A stretch of DNA of 64,000 bases. Source: Podarcis filfolensis. Taxonomy: Eukaryota. Every line of letters begins with the position of its first letter. Positions within the stretch are counted from its first letter, which is position 1. The position numbers were made by a program, and so were the translations under genes. Shown piece by piece: positions 35,242-47,900 of this stretch. The DNA lies in assembly GCA_964270895.1 (NCBI GenBank), contig OZ185440.1; one strand, written 5' to 3'. The notes under the pieces were generated by a model. That model worked only from the letters and a program-made list of their open reading frames with translations, was not told the origin of the DNA and searched no databases.

Positions 35242-38200
35242 CAAAATATTATCCCACTGTTGTTTGGAGCAGATTTTAAGATTGTTCTTACTGACTGATA
35301 TGGTTCTGTATTTGGTTCTATTTGTAAACCATGCTGTCATATTGTTATGAAGAGTGGTAGATAAATGAAATAATAAATATATATCACATTATTTAACTGA
35401 ATAATATAGCCTTGCACTATAGCATATCAAGTTCAAATCTTGTGCTGTTGCACTATGAGGCTGCATCTTCATTCCTGCTTGCTCATATAGACTTTCTGCA
35501 GTTTGAATTTCATTTTCATTCAAGCTAATCCATCTTAACCCTCTAATTACAAATCACTGTGTAGTATCAAGTTATAAGCGTGAAAATGAGCGACATCTGC
35601 TAATCCTCTCTCTCAACAAATTTCTTCCAGCTCTATGCTCTGTGTATCAAATATTTATTGCAGTATTTTCTAAGACCCCCATATGCAACAAGAGGGTAAT
35701 AGCCTTCTGGCAAACTGTCAAGAGAAATACTAGACAAATCACCTGTGGCTGTTCATTCTCTTGAGGTTATGAATACTATTTTTACATTACCAGATTTGTA
35801 TTTCATCTGCCCCTCCCCTCTACAAAGCAGTAGAGCTATGATCTAGCCAAGGAAATCATCATCAAAATCTAGCAAAAGGAGAGTGTTATCTTCACTGCCA
35901 GGAAACTGCTATTTAACCTTATTAGTAGTATTAACTGCTGGATATTAATTAGTAGCATTAACTACTGAATATTAATTATCCAGCAGTGGATAATACTGGA
36001 TTATTAATTATCTAAAATTTATAAACCTCTGATACCTTTTCAACCGTGGAGTTTGACTGGCTGGTGAGCCTCTATTTTTCATTATCTGATATAGCTGCTC
36101 TTCTAAGAGGCAGCAGAAGCTCTAGGGACAGCAAGCAAGTATGTCGGTACTAATTTCAGCTCTCCTATTTCACCTTTTTTGCCATCAGGCAAGGCAGAGG
36201 CTTTCCTCTTTCCCATTGTTACAAACATGTCAACAGAATTATGCAGCACAACACAGACTCACAACATTTCAGACCCCCAGCTTTTCTACACACCAAAAGA
36301 CAAACATACAGTTTAGGTTTGTTTAATATTAGTTTACTATTAGGCAACTGAATGAAGTATTTATGTAGTAATTGATTTTCAGAAAGGCCAACTTCTGTTC
36401 TTGTGGTTTTAATTAAAAATATTTTTAAAAGAAAATATATGAAATCACACTGTTTCATTAAAATGATTGGTTGGATGAATACACAAGGAAAACAGAAGTT
36501 AGAGAAATTCTTAATATTACTTATGTCTGTCCTCCTGCAAAATAAATGATTGGGAGCTATTCATGCTTTTATATACTTTAATGCAGAAATCTCCTTTAGA
36601 TGCAATATTATGCATAAATTTGGTTTATAAAGTTGACAGTGGCCTGGTTTATACATTAGACTAATTCATGGCTTGTTCAGCTACAGTGTGGTTTGTTCCA
36701 GTGTTGGAACCGAGCCCAGCAGACTAACCATGGTTTGTTTTCTGGTAACAAATCACAATGTGAAGCTGTGGTTCTGTGCTGCTTATTTATGAACAGAAGT
36801 GACCAGAGGAGGAGTAACTGCTGGGAGCAGTGCAGCAAGAAGAAGTGCCATGGTACACTTGCATCAGCTGCATTCATCTGCCCCAGCTGCAACAAAGCAT
36901 GACTTTCTCATATCGTTCCAGCAGGCGCTGTAACTATCCAACAATTTGACTTCGCTCCCGAAGGCGCACTCTTCCATTGTCTCCCAAGACAGACAGATAC
37001 CAACCACACTTCTTTTTACTATGGCTTGGTGTTTTGTCCTAACACAACAGTCTTGCTTAAGCATGTATTGTTTGACCACCCTACTATAGATACTTGCCAA
37101 GCTACAGGGGCGTGAGGCAAGAACAACTGGAAAACAAACCAAGCTTTGGAGAAACCAGCCATGGCTCGTTTGCTTGTCTGAACAAACCATAGTTAAAAGA
37201 AATCATGATTCCACAGAAAGAATACATATGGAAGTATTATATCAGAACTACCCATGCTACCTTTTCAGGATCCACTTGATATATCCTAAATTTCTGCTTT
37301 CCTGCAAATCATCCAGCAATAGACAAGTTACAAACAATTAGGATATGCATATGCTTATATGTGAGACAGTGAAAGTGTAAGCAAAATTCATCAGGACAGC
37401 TTTGCTACTTCTCTTAAACTTGAGAGGGCAGTTTTTGTAATATAAGTGGGATGTACTCAAAGGTGAACTTCTTAAAATAAAAGTATGCAGTTGTACCAAT
37501 TCTGAACTAGTTGCAAAATTTTGCATTCATATGACATTTGGTAGTGAAAGAGTACACATATGTAGCAAAACTGCACTGGAATGGATTATCCATTTAACTT
37601 TCCACAGATGATCATAGACAGAATACAACAGTGATCTAGAATGCCTGGAAATAAATCCACAAACTTCTCCAGATCTTCAGTGCCCTAGGAAGTGATTTGT
37701 AGCACAACATCAGCTGGAAGCTTTCTTGACTGGTGCTTGAAGGTGATTCTTACTCACCTAGATGACTGTCTATTTTAAAACCCAATCTAAGGTTCCATTT
37801 GTAGGCTTATCTTTTGAACAGAGATAACCCATAAAAAGCAAATGTAGTGGTTTTGGTAAAAAATCCAAAATCCACAACAGGGCAATATATTCATCACAGG
37901 ACTAATAAAAATGTCATATAATAGTAGCAGAACTATTCATTAGGAAATATGATACACAATGTAGGTATGGGGAAGGAAAAAACAAGAACCAAAATTAGGC
38001 TGGATATTGTAGTCTTAAGGTCAGCTTGTAAACTCATTTCCAAGATAATAGATTGCAGGCTGAATAAGTCTCTGATAAGGACTGCAGATATGAGGTTACA
38101 TACTAGGTTTCTGTGATTTAAAAAAAGCAATAACTACTTCCTATTTTTGAAAACAAAACTCCAGGTGTTACCTAGATCTGTCCAACACCTTAAATGAACA

Positions 38201-40030
38201 CATAAGTTCCTAATTAGCAGAATAAAAGACAAATATAGCAGCATTATCAAAACTAGAGATTAGTTTTGAAGGTGTAATGGACAAAAACAAAACATACAGT
38301 ATCAAAAAACATAGAGTCAAATGGTTAGCAGGGATAAAGCTGTCCAATCCAAAGTTTATTTTCAGTTGGTAATAAATTGCCTTACTCTAGTTGTAGATGC
38401 TGCCCTGAAGAGCTAGATTTGGTATTCTCCAAGGGACATAAAAACAAAAAGTAGTCATGTTGGTCCATGAGAAAAGCAAAACCCTTTAAAAAATCTAGTT
38501 GAGCAATACATTTATTAGAAACCAACAGAAATGCCAAAAAATAGCGGCAAGTTTCCAAGTTCTTTAGGACTCATCTGATTTCCACATGTAACTGTGAGAA
38601 CTAAATTATGTTATAACCAGCTCGAAATAATGCCCAGAACACATCACACAAAGCAAGAATTTAAAGTAATATATTTGCCATGAGAAGCCCCAACACTTGA
38701 AGCAATTTTAATTCAGTTTGTATGTGACTATCATTGTGACAAAACCATCAGAGCATTTAAAAAACCTATTCATAAAAGTAAAATAGCCAATGTTTGTGGA
38801 AAAGGAATTGCTTTGGCGACTTCTAAATTCTATTTTCTAACTTCTCTGCTAATTTATCATGGATTTTCTGACTTGTTCATCTGCACTGGTGTGATATACT
38901 ATTAGTATAGAGATTTTCATTTTTAGCAACATAATCAATAAAGCATTTCCATATAACATTAATGTAACCTGCTATTAAAATTAATGGATCATTGATTTTG
39001 ATCCATTTGAGTCTAGTTTATGCTTAACACATGAAAAATGATGTAGGAAATACATTAATCTGACAGCATCAATCTTCTGAATATCTAAAAGTTTGGCCCC
39101 ATATTAACATTAAGCATTCCTGTTGTCACTCAAGTGGATTTAAAGTCTAACTGTTTCTACTCTGAGCTACAGGAAAGGATAGAGAGAAGATTTGGGTCAC
39201 TAGCTGCCTCTGATAGGTTTGGGACATGATCAGTTTGGGTTGATTTTCAGGAATTAATGTTCATCTTATGATAGCTTCACCTTCAGCAGAATTATGTAAA
39301 CCAGGCTGATTATCCAATTAACTGAATAATCTATGGTCATATTTGCCATTCAAATGGAATTTAGGCTGTGAAGGCTGATAGCCTTACGATGTTTGCTTCT
39401 TACACTACAAGAGAAATTTCGGGAACCAATACCGTTTGAATAGTGAGCTGATATGTTCTCAAAACTCAGCTGTAGCCATCAATCTGGGTGCTACATTTTT
39501 TACAATGTGAATTTCCCAGAAACTTTTCAAAGGCAGCCCCTTGTAACTTAGATATACCGTATGCCATCATGGCCTGATCTACTCTCTCCAGCAATAGAAT
39601 GTAATCTGGGTATCCAGGATCAAATATGGGTCTAGCAAAACTTCCACGAACCCAGAGCTTTTAAGTACACCACCTAGCATAAGCTGAATCTATGAATGAG
39701 TAAGAATCACAGCAGAATAATTTACTGGGTAGGAGCAAACTTCAACACAGCCCTAATCATGTACTATTGAATTCAGTAAGACCTACCCTCGGTTAAGTGA
39801 GGTTAGGATTGCAGTCTTAGTTAGCCAGTTCAGCAAAATATAAAATATTAGGATTCTGGTTCTGCTATGGCAATATTTTTGATACTGGGTAAGGGGTGTA
39901 AGTCAGAGAAAACTACTATTATTTTGCTGTTAAAAAAATAGATGTGAAATCAAATGCAAATTATTTTTTAAAGAGCCAAGTCTATAAATTTGCTTTCTCT
40001 CTTAACCGTAAGAGAAACATCTATAATATG

Positions 40031-40155
40031 CAATGCTTTTTTTCTGGGGGTACGCAGGGGTATGCATGCCCCCTAAACATTTTGTGAACCTAAGTTTTGC
40101 CTCATTGAGGGCAGTATATCAATATGAGTAGGAAAAGGAGAGTACCCCTAAACTG
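40031..40155. mobile_element. Short internally deleted hAT-type MITE
   Basis: 8-bp TSD ATAATATG at 40023-40030 and 40156-40163; ends CAATG...ACTG. Confidence 0.6.
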
Positions 40156-41219
40156 ATAATATGCAATGATGATCTTGCGACTCCTGCTGAAATTTAGGCA
40201 CTGGTCTTTGGTCATCTTAACCACCTTGCAAAGGCTACATAGTCATGGCAGAGAGACATGCAAATAGGAAGCCAGTGATCTGGATACAAGCATAAATAAA
40301 GTAATAATCTTAACAAGTGATGCTTTATAATATTCGCTTGGTGTAACTGATCAGAGTTTACTGGGAGGAGTTTGTTAACCAAAATATTAGGTACTGGGAT
40401 CTCAGTCTTTATCCACAGCACTGAAACACCATCTAGTTTTTTGAAACATGCACTGTAAAAATCTGTGGTTAGTAATTTCAGACAGGGCTTTAAAACAAAC
40501 ACCTCATGAATTAAAAATAACATTTCAAACAAGCAGCAGGTTGACAGTGGAATCATGCCAGAATCTTGGGATCAGGCTATTTCTTCCCCTCCTTTGTGTG
40601 TGCATCAATACAAACCCAATACAGCAGATCAACAAAAATTCCAACACAACACTTCAAAATTGTATTTCCTGTATTTCTGCTGATGCTGCACATGCCGATG
40701 CTCGTAGAAGTGAAAAATGCTCCTCCACCCATCCAAAGGCTGCCAGTGTTTTCATCAACAAAACATCAAACCATTCGGCAGGACAGGTATTTCTCATTTT
40801 AGGGCACAGACAGAAGGGTGCTTCTCTTTAACTTTTCAATGATGAAATGCTCCCTAAATTCAATCAACACACTGTGGGAGTCTCAGAGATACTGTATGCG
40901 GTATTCAGTCAAATAAGAGAGTTAAGGGGATTCATTTTTCTTACAGAATATAATTGCTTCTCCCTCAGATTTTAAAGTCAGTATATGTCTTTGGCACTGA
41001 AATTATTATTGAGAGAAAGAAGTCTCAGATCAGTTCTAGATTCTTGAGGGTTTGAATGTCTGCTTCTCTTTCTGGCAAAATAACGAAAGCAACACATGAA
41101 GTGTATACTTTCCACAGCCCCACAATACAACAGTGTAGCACGCAACACTAAACGAATTAGACTACTACTGCATCTTCGGTCCATCACCTATACAACTCTT
41201 CAGGACTATTGAACACATG

Positions 41220-42020
41220 TGTCAGGGAATCAGGAGCAGGAGCACTAGGGAGAGAGGATTGGGAGAGCGAAGGGGAAGAATCCGAGGGCAGCGTAGGGGA
41301 GTATGACAGTGGCCCGAGAGATTCCATGAGCTTCTCCAGCGAATCAGAAGATTCCCAGAAGGGGGCGCCGATGGTCAGGGCAAGGGGGGTCCCAGGGGGG
41401 ACGCACCAGAAACAAGGAGCCAGAGGGGAACCCCAAAGCAGCAGTGGAGGATCGGGACCAGTTTCCCCACCAGAGCGTAGTGGGGGGGAGGAGTCACATG
41501 TGTCAGGAGCAGTGTCTCCTCCAGAGAGGGAGTCAGGGCTGACCACGCTTCCAACGGAGGGGAGGTCAGTTGCAGCTAGCCCCCCCGATGGGGGAAGCAG
41601 TGACAGCAGCAGTGGAACGGTCAGGAGGAAAGCTGCTGGCTGGGCGCGCGCGCCAAGTTCAAATGTGCAGGCGCGCGGAACAGCAGGAGACCCGGATGGG
41701 GAACCAGCTCCTAAAGCCCGCCGGAGGGAGGGAGAAGGCTCAGGGGAATCAGCGGGAGAAGAGGCTAGAAAGGGCGGAACCCCGGCGGGCAGGCGGACCC
41801 AGAGGAGGAAGGAGCAGCGGAGAAGGTGGAGCAAGGCTAGAATCTTAAATTGGTGTCAAGGGGGAGGAGACTCAGACGGAGCATCAGTGGTCTGACACTT
41901 TAGACATGGGGCTGCGCGCTGTGGCTCTGGAAGTGAAACTGAACTTCAATAAAGACTTTTATACTTAACAACGGAGCAGCGTTGGTCCTTTGTGAGCTGG
42001 GACCTAGGGTAGCTCTGACA
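41220..42020 (+). mobile_element. Solo LTR (Gypsy-like), 801 bp
   Basis: Inverted termini TGTCAG...CTGACA, 5-bp TSD ACATG at 41215-41219 and 42021-42025, AATAAA near 41948, and a purine/CpG-rich body. Confidence 0.85.
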
Positions 42021-43586
42021 ACATGAAAACAGAGCTGGCACTTGCCTCAGCCAGCAGATCCGGCCTCCTCTCTACCCACCCAATACTCCCTATTACCATG
42101 CCCATCTGCCACCACTACAGTCTCCTCCAGGCCTGCTCACTGACACCTCCTCCTTGTCAGCAACAGAGGGATGTGCAGGAAGAGGTGGTGGCAGTGGAGA
42201 AGACAGCTGTGGCAGGCAGGCATGGTAAGAGGCAGCTGCGGCAAATGGGCATAGAGGAGGCAGCCATGGCGGATGGAAAGATGGAAACATTTTTTGTTTT
42301 GTCTGAAGTGGCAAAAGCTCCTGGACTGGCCCTGCTTGAATGCTTCCACCTCCTGCTGGTAATTTGCAAACAAGATGAGGGTCAATATAAGGTGAAACAA
42401 TGGACTTTGTATACTTGAAGCACAAGGAAATCCACTATCACATTGTACCTTCTCACACAGACACAAATAAGTGCAACTTCTGATATTATTTACATTGGTG
42501 TACTATCATGTCAGCTGCACAACATTAATTTTGCAGGCTACTATTCCGCTGCTCAAAAATGGACGACCATGTAAGAATATGTGCTGGAGATTTCCTCTGA
42601 GTAGCCTATGTAGACACTGACCTGGGCAATAGGCAAAATTCTTCTAATTAGGCAGCACTTGGCCCCTTGAGAAGGTGCATGCAAATGCATTAATGCTACG
42701 AATTTAGTCCTGCAGCTCTCCTCACCCTGCTCTAGATAATAAAAATAGGGCAGACTTTTACTTTCTAGGCACATGGAGAGAGAAAGCCTTAAAATCTAGT
42801 GGATTTCACTAAATACTCAGAGCAGAGATACCCCAAAATCCCTGTTTCCTGATCCAACATCACATGATGGCATACTGCTAGTTTTCAAGAAGGGATTTTC
42901 ATTTTCCTGTCTCTCCTTCTAATACTGCTTATTAACTAGCCGATAGCATTGCTACACAGAAACCATTGCCTATCATTCTGCACCTACATGTAAGGGCTGA
43001 TGAATGAGCACTGTAATACACACTACATTCTTTTCCATGTTGTAATGTTTGGGTTGATTCTTTTCTGAAAACCACAAGGACTTAACCTGTTCCTCCCATG
43101 TGACAGTCAGAATACAGAATCCACAACACATAATGCCTGCCTTGTTCTGCCCTATCTAACATAAACTAGGTCATTGTCAACACACTTGCCCAACAACCAT
43201 GCTTACATTCAGCACACTCAAATGGAAGTTTAATGGAAAAAGACTTTGTCTACAAGCAGAAAGTCCCACATTAATCCATGCAAAAATAATGGCTGCCATC
43301 ACCACCTCCAAGCAGGCTGATTTGCTACAAAATGTTTGTGTCTATGAATTATGACAAAGTGATGTTATGTCATTTATTATGAGGTGTACTGGTGTCTAGA
43401 AACACTCAACCCAGTAAGACTTTAGGCAGAGAAGGCTTATATCTGTACATGGTAGCATCATTCCAACCTCTGGAAACCAGCATATTATGAGGCCTAGCTA
43501 ATTATAAATAGGTCCAGAATTCTTAATAGAAGTCCTTGGGATTTATGCCAGATTAAAGACAATTAATTTCCTCTTTCAATTATTAT

Positions 43587-43760
43587 ACACCTTAATTGCT
43601 TTGCCCTTGATTTAACTTCATATTTCATGCAAACAGTCATTTAAGGTGCATTCTAAACTTTGATGCACAATTTCTACACACCTTAATAGTTCTGTCCTTG
43701 ATTCAGTTTAATCTTTTAGATACACAGCCATTTAAGGTGCATTGTAAACTTTGATGCACA
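43587..43760. repeat. Two-copy tandem duplication, 91-bp period
   Basis: acagtcatttaaggtgcattctaaactttgatgcaca and acagccatttaaggtgcattgtaaactttgatgcaca are 91 bp apart; the 5' halves are more diverged. Confidence 0.8.
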
Positions 43761-44853
43761 TGAAGAACAGTTAATAAATTTCCGAATCAAAACCGAAGTG
43801 TAAGCAATCAGATTTTTAACCACATCCAGATCCTAGATTAGAGAGGAGGTTGTCACACAGCCTTTACTCTCTAGTCTTTAAAGGCATGAAACAGTTCCAC
43901 CCTTCCCTTTCAGATCCTTGTTTGATGTACAGCGTGGTGGAACACAGATAATCAGGGTGGTTTCGTTAGCAAGCACTTTGAGTGAAGTTCATTGACTATT
44001 TGATATACAAAAGTTCAAACAGAACTGTGCCTGAACTAGCTCACTGACATACATAAGAGCCAGACACTGAAAAGATTTATCCCAGTGGTACCACAGCAAG
44101 TGAACGCCCTCAGTAAGTGAATGGAAAAAAAGTATTTTACAAGGAAATCTAGTGTACAGAGAGAAGTGCAAAAATAGTTATGTGTTTCTAGTTAATAGCT
44201 TTGTCAATTTTTTTCTTTCAATAGCTATTTCTGGGGAAATACTGATTAAGTGAAATATTAACATAATGGAATTTATGCATAGTAACTTCTGAGTAAAAAC
44301 TTACAAGGTAGAATACCTGCATGTGATATTAAGATGCCCAATATTAGTCTATATTATAATGCAGCTCGTAGTTTTATTGGTTTTTAGATAGACTCAAATT
44401 TCTGGTAACAGAGCAGTCACCAATATTTGAATGCCCTCATGAAGAAAAAGAAAAAGAACAAACCAAGAGGGATTGAGAATCCTATTCTTAAACCTTTAAC
44501 CCTAGAATACACAGAGAAAAACATTTAGCTTAGATATCTCCATTGTCTTGTAAGACCATAGTCTACCTACTATCTTGATCAAGACTATGGACAGCATTAC
44601 CCTAAATCTAATACTTCCAGTTCTAAAGTTAACGTCCTGAGATGAGTCTGAACCCTGAGGTAAGAAGAAGAAGAATGCATTGCTTTTGTATCTAGACTTA
44701 TACCATCTTGTCATATATTTGCATTATATTTTCTATTAATGGAGTAACGGCTCACCAAGGGCTGTTCCTCAAGCAGCCTAAGAACTCTAGACCATGACAG
44801 CATGCCACTTTCCTTTGGAATTGGAAAGGCAGAAGGCCAGACTTCCATTATTT

Positions 44854-44984
44854 CATAGAATCATAGAATTGTAGAGTTAGAAGAGTCCACAAGGGTCATC
44901 TAGTCCAGCTTTTGCAGAAATCTTTTGCCCAACATGGGGTTTGAACCCATGACCCATAGATTATGCTCCACCACCTGAGCTATC
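44854..44984 (-). mobile_element. tRNA-derived SINE with CR1-type 3' tail (Squam2-like)
   Basis: Minus strand reads atagctcaggtggtggagcat...gggttcaaaccccatgttgggc (A/B boxes), then ggactagatgaccct...ttctatgattctatga (CR1 tail). Confidence 0.8.
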
Positions 44985-47900
44985 AAGTTGGATTTATAGC
45001 AGATGTGGACAACCCAGAAGATTCATAACACCTATCACATGAGCCAATTTTGCGCATTACTGATGCCCGTGGAAGTTCCCTGGTATTGAAGGGAATGACA
45101 TGGCCACCTGTATCTCAGATCTGGCACTGAAATTTGTATCACAAGCTTACTGAAGCAATCCCTGGTGGTTTATGAACACCAGGGAGAATGAGTTTGAATA
45201 ATGAGTCTCTTGTATTGAGCTTGACCACAGTTGCCTTATGCAGAAGCAAAATAGAAAAGCATGAGGTGTTCATTAGAAATGTGTCCACCCAGAAAATAGA
45301 GGCACAGCCCAACAGCACATGGATCAGTGATCTGCTGAGCAGCTTGTAATGAATAAGTCTCCATCAATTTCACCCCCCACAAGTAGTCCTGCCAAACAGC
45401 CTGGAAGTGATGGACGTGTAGTCACCTTGGGGTGAAGTGTAGTAAAGCTCAGTAAGTTGTCTTAGAAAAGTTACTATTTTTTAAGCACCACCATTTGCAG
45501 AGCTGAATGGATACATAAGATCACTAAATAATTTTGTAAACTCAAAAGAATACATACATGATCAATAAAAGCAGAAGAAAACAAAATCACCAATATGAAG
45601 GCTAGGGAACTTGATGCCAGCCCTTATCCTTCCTCCTTTTCCACACTCCCTGTTTAGCTTTGCAACTACACAATCTCAGCTATGCTCTTGTCCTGGTAAC
45701 AGCAAGCGGCCATACTGCATCCTTCTCTGATGCAAAATGACCAAACAAATTACATGGTGAACGACTTTTTGGGAAGTGGGACAAAGAGATTAGGTCTCAG
45801 ATAATACTTGCAAGTTGAGAAAATTATCAAAACAAAGCAGCTTTCTCAAAAGAATAGAACAGAATAAGGTGTATTAAAATTTAAATATATCAGTAAGCTT
45901 TGATAAACAAGATTTCATTGTGACTACGTGAAAAAGGGTAGTGTAATGCTGTATCTTACTAAAGCAAACTGCATTTTCAAATTATTACAGATCAACTTAT
46001 TCATTACTTTCAGGGCGAGTTTCAAATTTTAGGGTTTGTTTTTTTTAAAAAAAGTTCATATTTCTTCTGAGATGGGCTTTGTTTTTTTCTTTATGTGCTG
46101 GCAAATTGAGACAAATACTGCGGCTGGACTTAAAAGGACTGGACAATTTTATGACATCTAATAACATTTGCAGCTATAAAAGCTAAGAACAATAAGAGTA
46201 ATGAAATCATATGCTGCAGGGCATAAGCAATTTTCCTATTCCCATCCCACATACAGTCTACTCTTCCTCCAAAACCCCAAAACAATGGGGCTCAGTTACA
46301 TGTGTACAATACATCTATCTTGAAGGACATCTGTTCCAATACTGCCACTGAGGGGCTTGGGCTTTTGCTTCTTCTTGCTCTTTGGCCATGCTGCAATTTC
46401 TATGTCTCATACCTCCTGTGCACACCCACAAAGTGGCTTGCTTTTTCCCTATTGCATGTCAACGGTGATACCAAGAAAGCCCACATTGGGCACCTCACTT
46501 TATAATCTTCTCCTACCTATCACCTGAAAAGAATTGGCAGGGCACTGAATGCCATTTTGCCAACCTGGCAACTTGCACAGCATATGAGGACTTCTTGCTG
46601 CCCACAGATTCTCCCAATAAGATCCTGCTGCTTTTAAGTACGAAGTTGAGGGGGCTATAGCTTCCAGAAGCTGGCTGCCCAATAAACTTTTATGGGAGCT
46701 ATCATTTTTAAATGCCGAATAGCCTAGAAGCCGACAGCTCCCTGGAGCTTGGCAGGCAACGACCCATGGTTACAGTTTTACACATTAGGTTTCTGCAAGG
46801 AAGAGACGAGTAATGACAGCAAGCTAACTCTGAGGCTTCAGACAGGAGCTAAGAAGAGTGTTTTGAAAGCAAGTCACACTCCTCAAGGTCCAGCTATATG
46901 TTACATGCAAATTCTACTTCAGGAGAAGTTGAGCAGACAGGAAAAGGAAGCAGTAGCCACATGCTTAAGAAAATGGTTAGCATGAGGGTCAGAATTGGAG
47001 ATGGACAAACAACACTGATAAAGACTCAGGGGTGTCCCTCAAGTATTTGACCTAATGTTTAAAGTGAACAAATTTAAGCCCTCCATCGGCTGCTACTCTA
47101 TCTCTCTTTCCCAAGGAAATTGTCATTTCTTGGTGGGGAGTCACAGAGCTTTTAGTCCAGCTCATGAATTCCCAGGGAGAAGAGTGGCTCCGAGTCATTT
47201 GCCAGGAAACAATAATTAAAAATGCACACACAACTGGTCACTGAAGCAGGTATAACATACTTATATGCAGTAGATTATTAAGGAATTAAACATTTAGTAG
47301 CCTAGGAAATGTTTATCCCTTTACAGATGGGGAACATAGTCTCTACCCTAAGGATAATGAGTAGCTCCATGCTGAAGACCTCAAAAGACATTCAGAGCAG
47401 ATCCCTCAAGGAACTGAGCAGGGCTATAGGTCAAGTCTTACATTGTTACTTGGGATCCCCAACCTTTTTCAGCCCAGGTGCATATTTGGAAATCTAAGAA
47501 ACTCTTATGAGCACTATAAAATACCATTTCACAGAAACTAAACTGGCAATATTCCTCACCACCACTCAAACAGACAAAAAACCAGAGAAATATAGTTAAC
47601 ACCATTCAACATGCAACCCCCTCTCAGCCAAACAACAACAAAAGTAAAAAAGCAAATAACAACCAAAAAATGAGGGTGTGCTTTTAAGGAAAAAATAAAA
47701 TTGGGGAAGTGCACGGTAGGGTGTGTGTCTCTGGGTGCTGTGGTGCTCATGGACAGCAGAAATCATATAATCAAGAAATTGAGCATCTAGAAAGAGTTCC
47801 ACTTTTCTTATCTCATGCACATGCTCCTGTGACCACATGTTCCTGTGACCACTGCAATGGGCTGAGCTGGCCCAAAGGAACACCATGAGAATGCTTCCTC

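Noticed and set aside
35925-36012. AT-rich mixed tandem/inverted repeat (tgctggatattaatt…aattatccagca)
   Set aside because: Short and low in complexity, with no termini or TSD; most likely local slippage.
39200-39700. Coding-looking minus-strand stretch (…FDPGYPDYILLLERVDQAMMAYGISKLQGAAFEKFLG…)
   Set aside because: It is interrupted by stops and I could not assign a protein family. A TBLASTX/HMM search would be needed.
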